The position numbers were made by a program, and so were the translations under genes. From Nitrospirota bacterium (lineage in GTDB: Bacteria > Nitrospirota > UBA9217), in assembly GCA_963749655.1 (NCBI GenBank), contig CAVVOB010000030.1, forward strand, positions 160,001-224,000: 64,000 nt of DNA. The letters run 5' to 3'. Of this stretch, positions 62,346-64,000 are shown in pieces (position 1 is the stretch's first letter; each line of letters starts with the position of its first letter). The notes under the pieces are model-generated. The model had not been told where the DNA came from, searched no databases, and saw only the letters and a list, made by a program, of their open reading frames with translations.

Positions 62346-63023
62346 ATGAGCAAGAAAGATTTTACCATCCGTCCCTTTGAGAAGCTCAGGAAGAAGATCG
62401 AGAGCAAAAAGCCCGTTCCTCCACCCCGACGCCAGAAAAAAAAGGAAGAATATACCGACGAAGAGCTTTTCACCCGGGAGATGGGCAGCGTATTGGCCAT
62501 CGATGAATTCCGTTCACTGGCCTGTGCGCATCGCCCCCGTAAGACGGAGCCCGGTCACGCGCAGCAGGACTGCGGCAGGGATGCACAGGTGATCCTCGGG
62601 CAGATCGTAGGTGGCGACTTGCCGATCCATCTGCCGCACACCCAGGAGTACGTAGAATGGATCGATTCCGACTGCCGCGACGATATCGCGCGCACCCTTC
62701 ATGAAGGAAGGTTCTCGGTCCAGGCCTTTCTCGATCTGCACGGGTGCACGGTCCCTGAAGCGGAAGACGAGCTGGACGACTTCCTGCTGGAGTCCCTGAA
62801 AGCAGGAAGAAGTTGTGTTAAGATTATCGTGGGCAGGGGCCTTCGGTCAGTCAGGGGACCGCGGGTCAAGGACGCGGTCATACGGCGGCTGTCCGGCCAT
62901 TTTCGAAAAAATATCATTGCTTTTGTCACTGCACGGCAGTGCGACGGCGGGCTGGGCGCGCTGTATGTCCTGCTCCGGAAAAAATGGATCCGCGACTGCT
63001 CTGCATCTCAAACTCAGACATGA
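62346..63023 (+). CDS. Smr/MutS domain protein
   Basis: LDLHG, IIVGRGLRS, DGGLGALYVLL. Confidence 0.9.
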   Translation: MSKKDFTIRPFEKLRKKIESKKPVPPPRRQKKKEEYTDEELFTREMGSVLAIDEFRSLACAHRPRKTEPGHAQQDCGRDAQVILGQIVGGDLPIHLPHTQEYVEWIDSDCRDDIARTLHEGRFSVQAFLDLHGCTVPEAEDELDDFLLESLKAGRSCVKIIVGRGLRSVRGPRVKDAVIRRLSGHFRKNIIAFVTARQCDGGLGALYVLLRKKWIRDCSASQTQT

Positions 63024-63878
63024 GATCAGCGACGATATCCTCTTTGCATAACGCAAAAAACATCAAGTTAACTCCCGCAGCAGGTCCGAACATTTCAGAA
63101 AAAGGTCTACAACTGGTTTGATGCCCGAGGTCGGAACCTGCCTTGGCGCAAAAACGTGACGCCCTATCGGGTGCTTATTTCCGAAATAATGCTTCAGCAG
63201 ACGCAGGTAGAGAGGGTCATTGAAAAATACCGAGAATTTCTCTCCGCGTTTCCGAGTTTTCCCATCCTCGCCCAGGCGCCACTCCCGAAGCTTCTTAAGA
63301 TCTGGTCAGGTATGGGTTACAATCGAAGGGCGCTTGCGCTCAAAGCACTCGCTCAGAAAGTCATGTCAGATCACCGGGGGAGGCTGCCGCGGGATCAGGA
63401 GAGTCTCCTGGCGCTGCCGGGCATCGGTAAATACACGGCAGGCGCGGTGCTGGCCTTTGCCTTCAACGAACCTGTCGTCTTTATGGACACGAACATCAGG
63501 CGTGTTTTCATCTACGAATTTTTTCATGACCAAAACAGCGTTCACGACGATGAGCTGCTGCCCTTAGTGGCACTGACTGTGGATCATGAAAATCCGCGGA
63601 AATGGTACAACGCCCTGATGGACTACGGAACCATGTTGAAGCAGGAGTATGCCAATCCCAACCGCAGGAGCGTTCATTACACCCGTCAGAGCCCCTTCGA
63701 GAATTCAAACCGGCAGGTGCGGGGCATGATTTTGAAGACGCTTGTAGCCGAAGCGCCCCTTACCGCTGCGCAGATCACAACGAGGACGGGCATGGATCCC
63801 GAGCGAGTGAAAAGAAACCTCGTTCAACTGGAAAAAGAAGGGTTTATCCGGAAGCGTGGGCGAGTATATTCCGTTTAA
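63020..63878 (+). CDS. mutY: MutY-like HhH-GPD adenine glycosylase lacking the Fe-S motif; frameshift near 63075
   Basis: RNLPWR..TPY..LISEIMLQQTQV, GMGYNRRA, LPGIGKYTA, DTNIRRV. Confidence 0.85.
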
Positions 63879-64000
63879 GCATCATATGAAGACGAATGTG
63901 CGTGTCAGCCGAAGACGCCGGATACCCGCATTTGCGGAAATGACAGACTGTAATCCGCATTCCGCAATCCGAATTCCGCATTATGATTTCCGGTCCTGAC

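Overview
A GC-rich bacterial chromosome segment. Gene content and order suggest an anaerobic Nitrospirota/Desulfobacterota-like organism (inference). Layout: 1-4000 is an ECF sigma/CBM48 anti-sigma cluster with secreted Gly/Met-tailed proteins and an outer-membrane barrel. 4000-13000 holds signalling and metabolic genes (hybrid kinase, PstS-like protein, split ADP-forming acyl-CoA synthetase, two-CW protein, 4Fe-4S membrane protein). ~13100-25600 is an accessory defence/TA island: MNT-HEPN, a type IIG/ISP-like R-M fusion, an AlbA_2/Schlafen protein, a DUF2971-like protein, a candidate structured RNA plus a Glyoxalase_8-like/GNAT protein, a radC remnant, PIN TA, yggL, a four-helix-bundle protein and an addiction module. 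25600-64000 is core genome (pdxA, gltX, atpB/atpE, frr-pyrH-tsf-rpsB, rplM-rpsI, argC-argJ, rpsU, mutS2, dnaG-rpoD-tRNA-Ile2, rnhA, rnpB, mutY-like). Best leads: (i) a ~150-nt multi-stem candidate RNA directly upstream of the Glyoxalase_8-like/GNAT gene; (ii) a 50-bp diverged duplication of the R-M gene 3' end bracketing 6.66 kb of cargo; (iii) a PIN toxin that appears to start at ACG. Several single-base frameshifts, including in dnaG and rpoD, point to assembly indel errors, so pseudogene calls need caution. All family assignments come from motif recognition by eye, not database searches.
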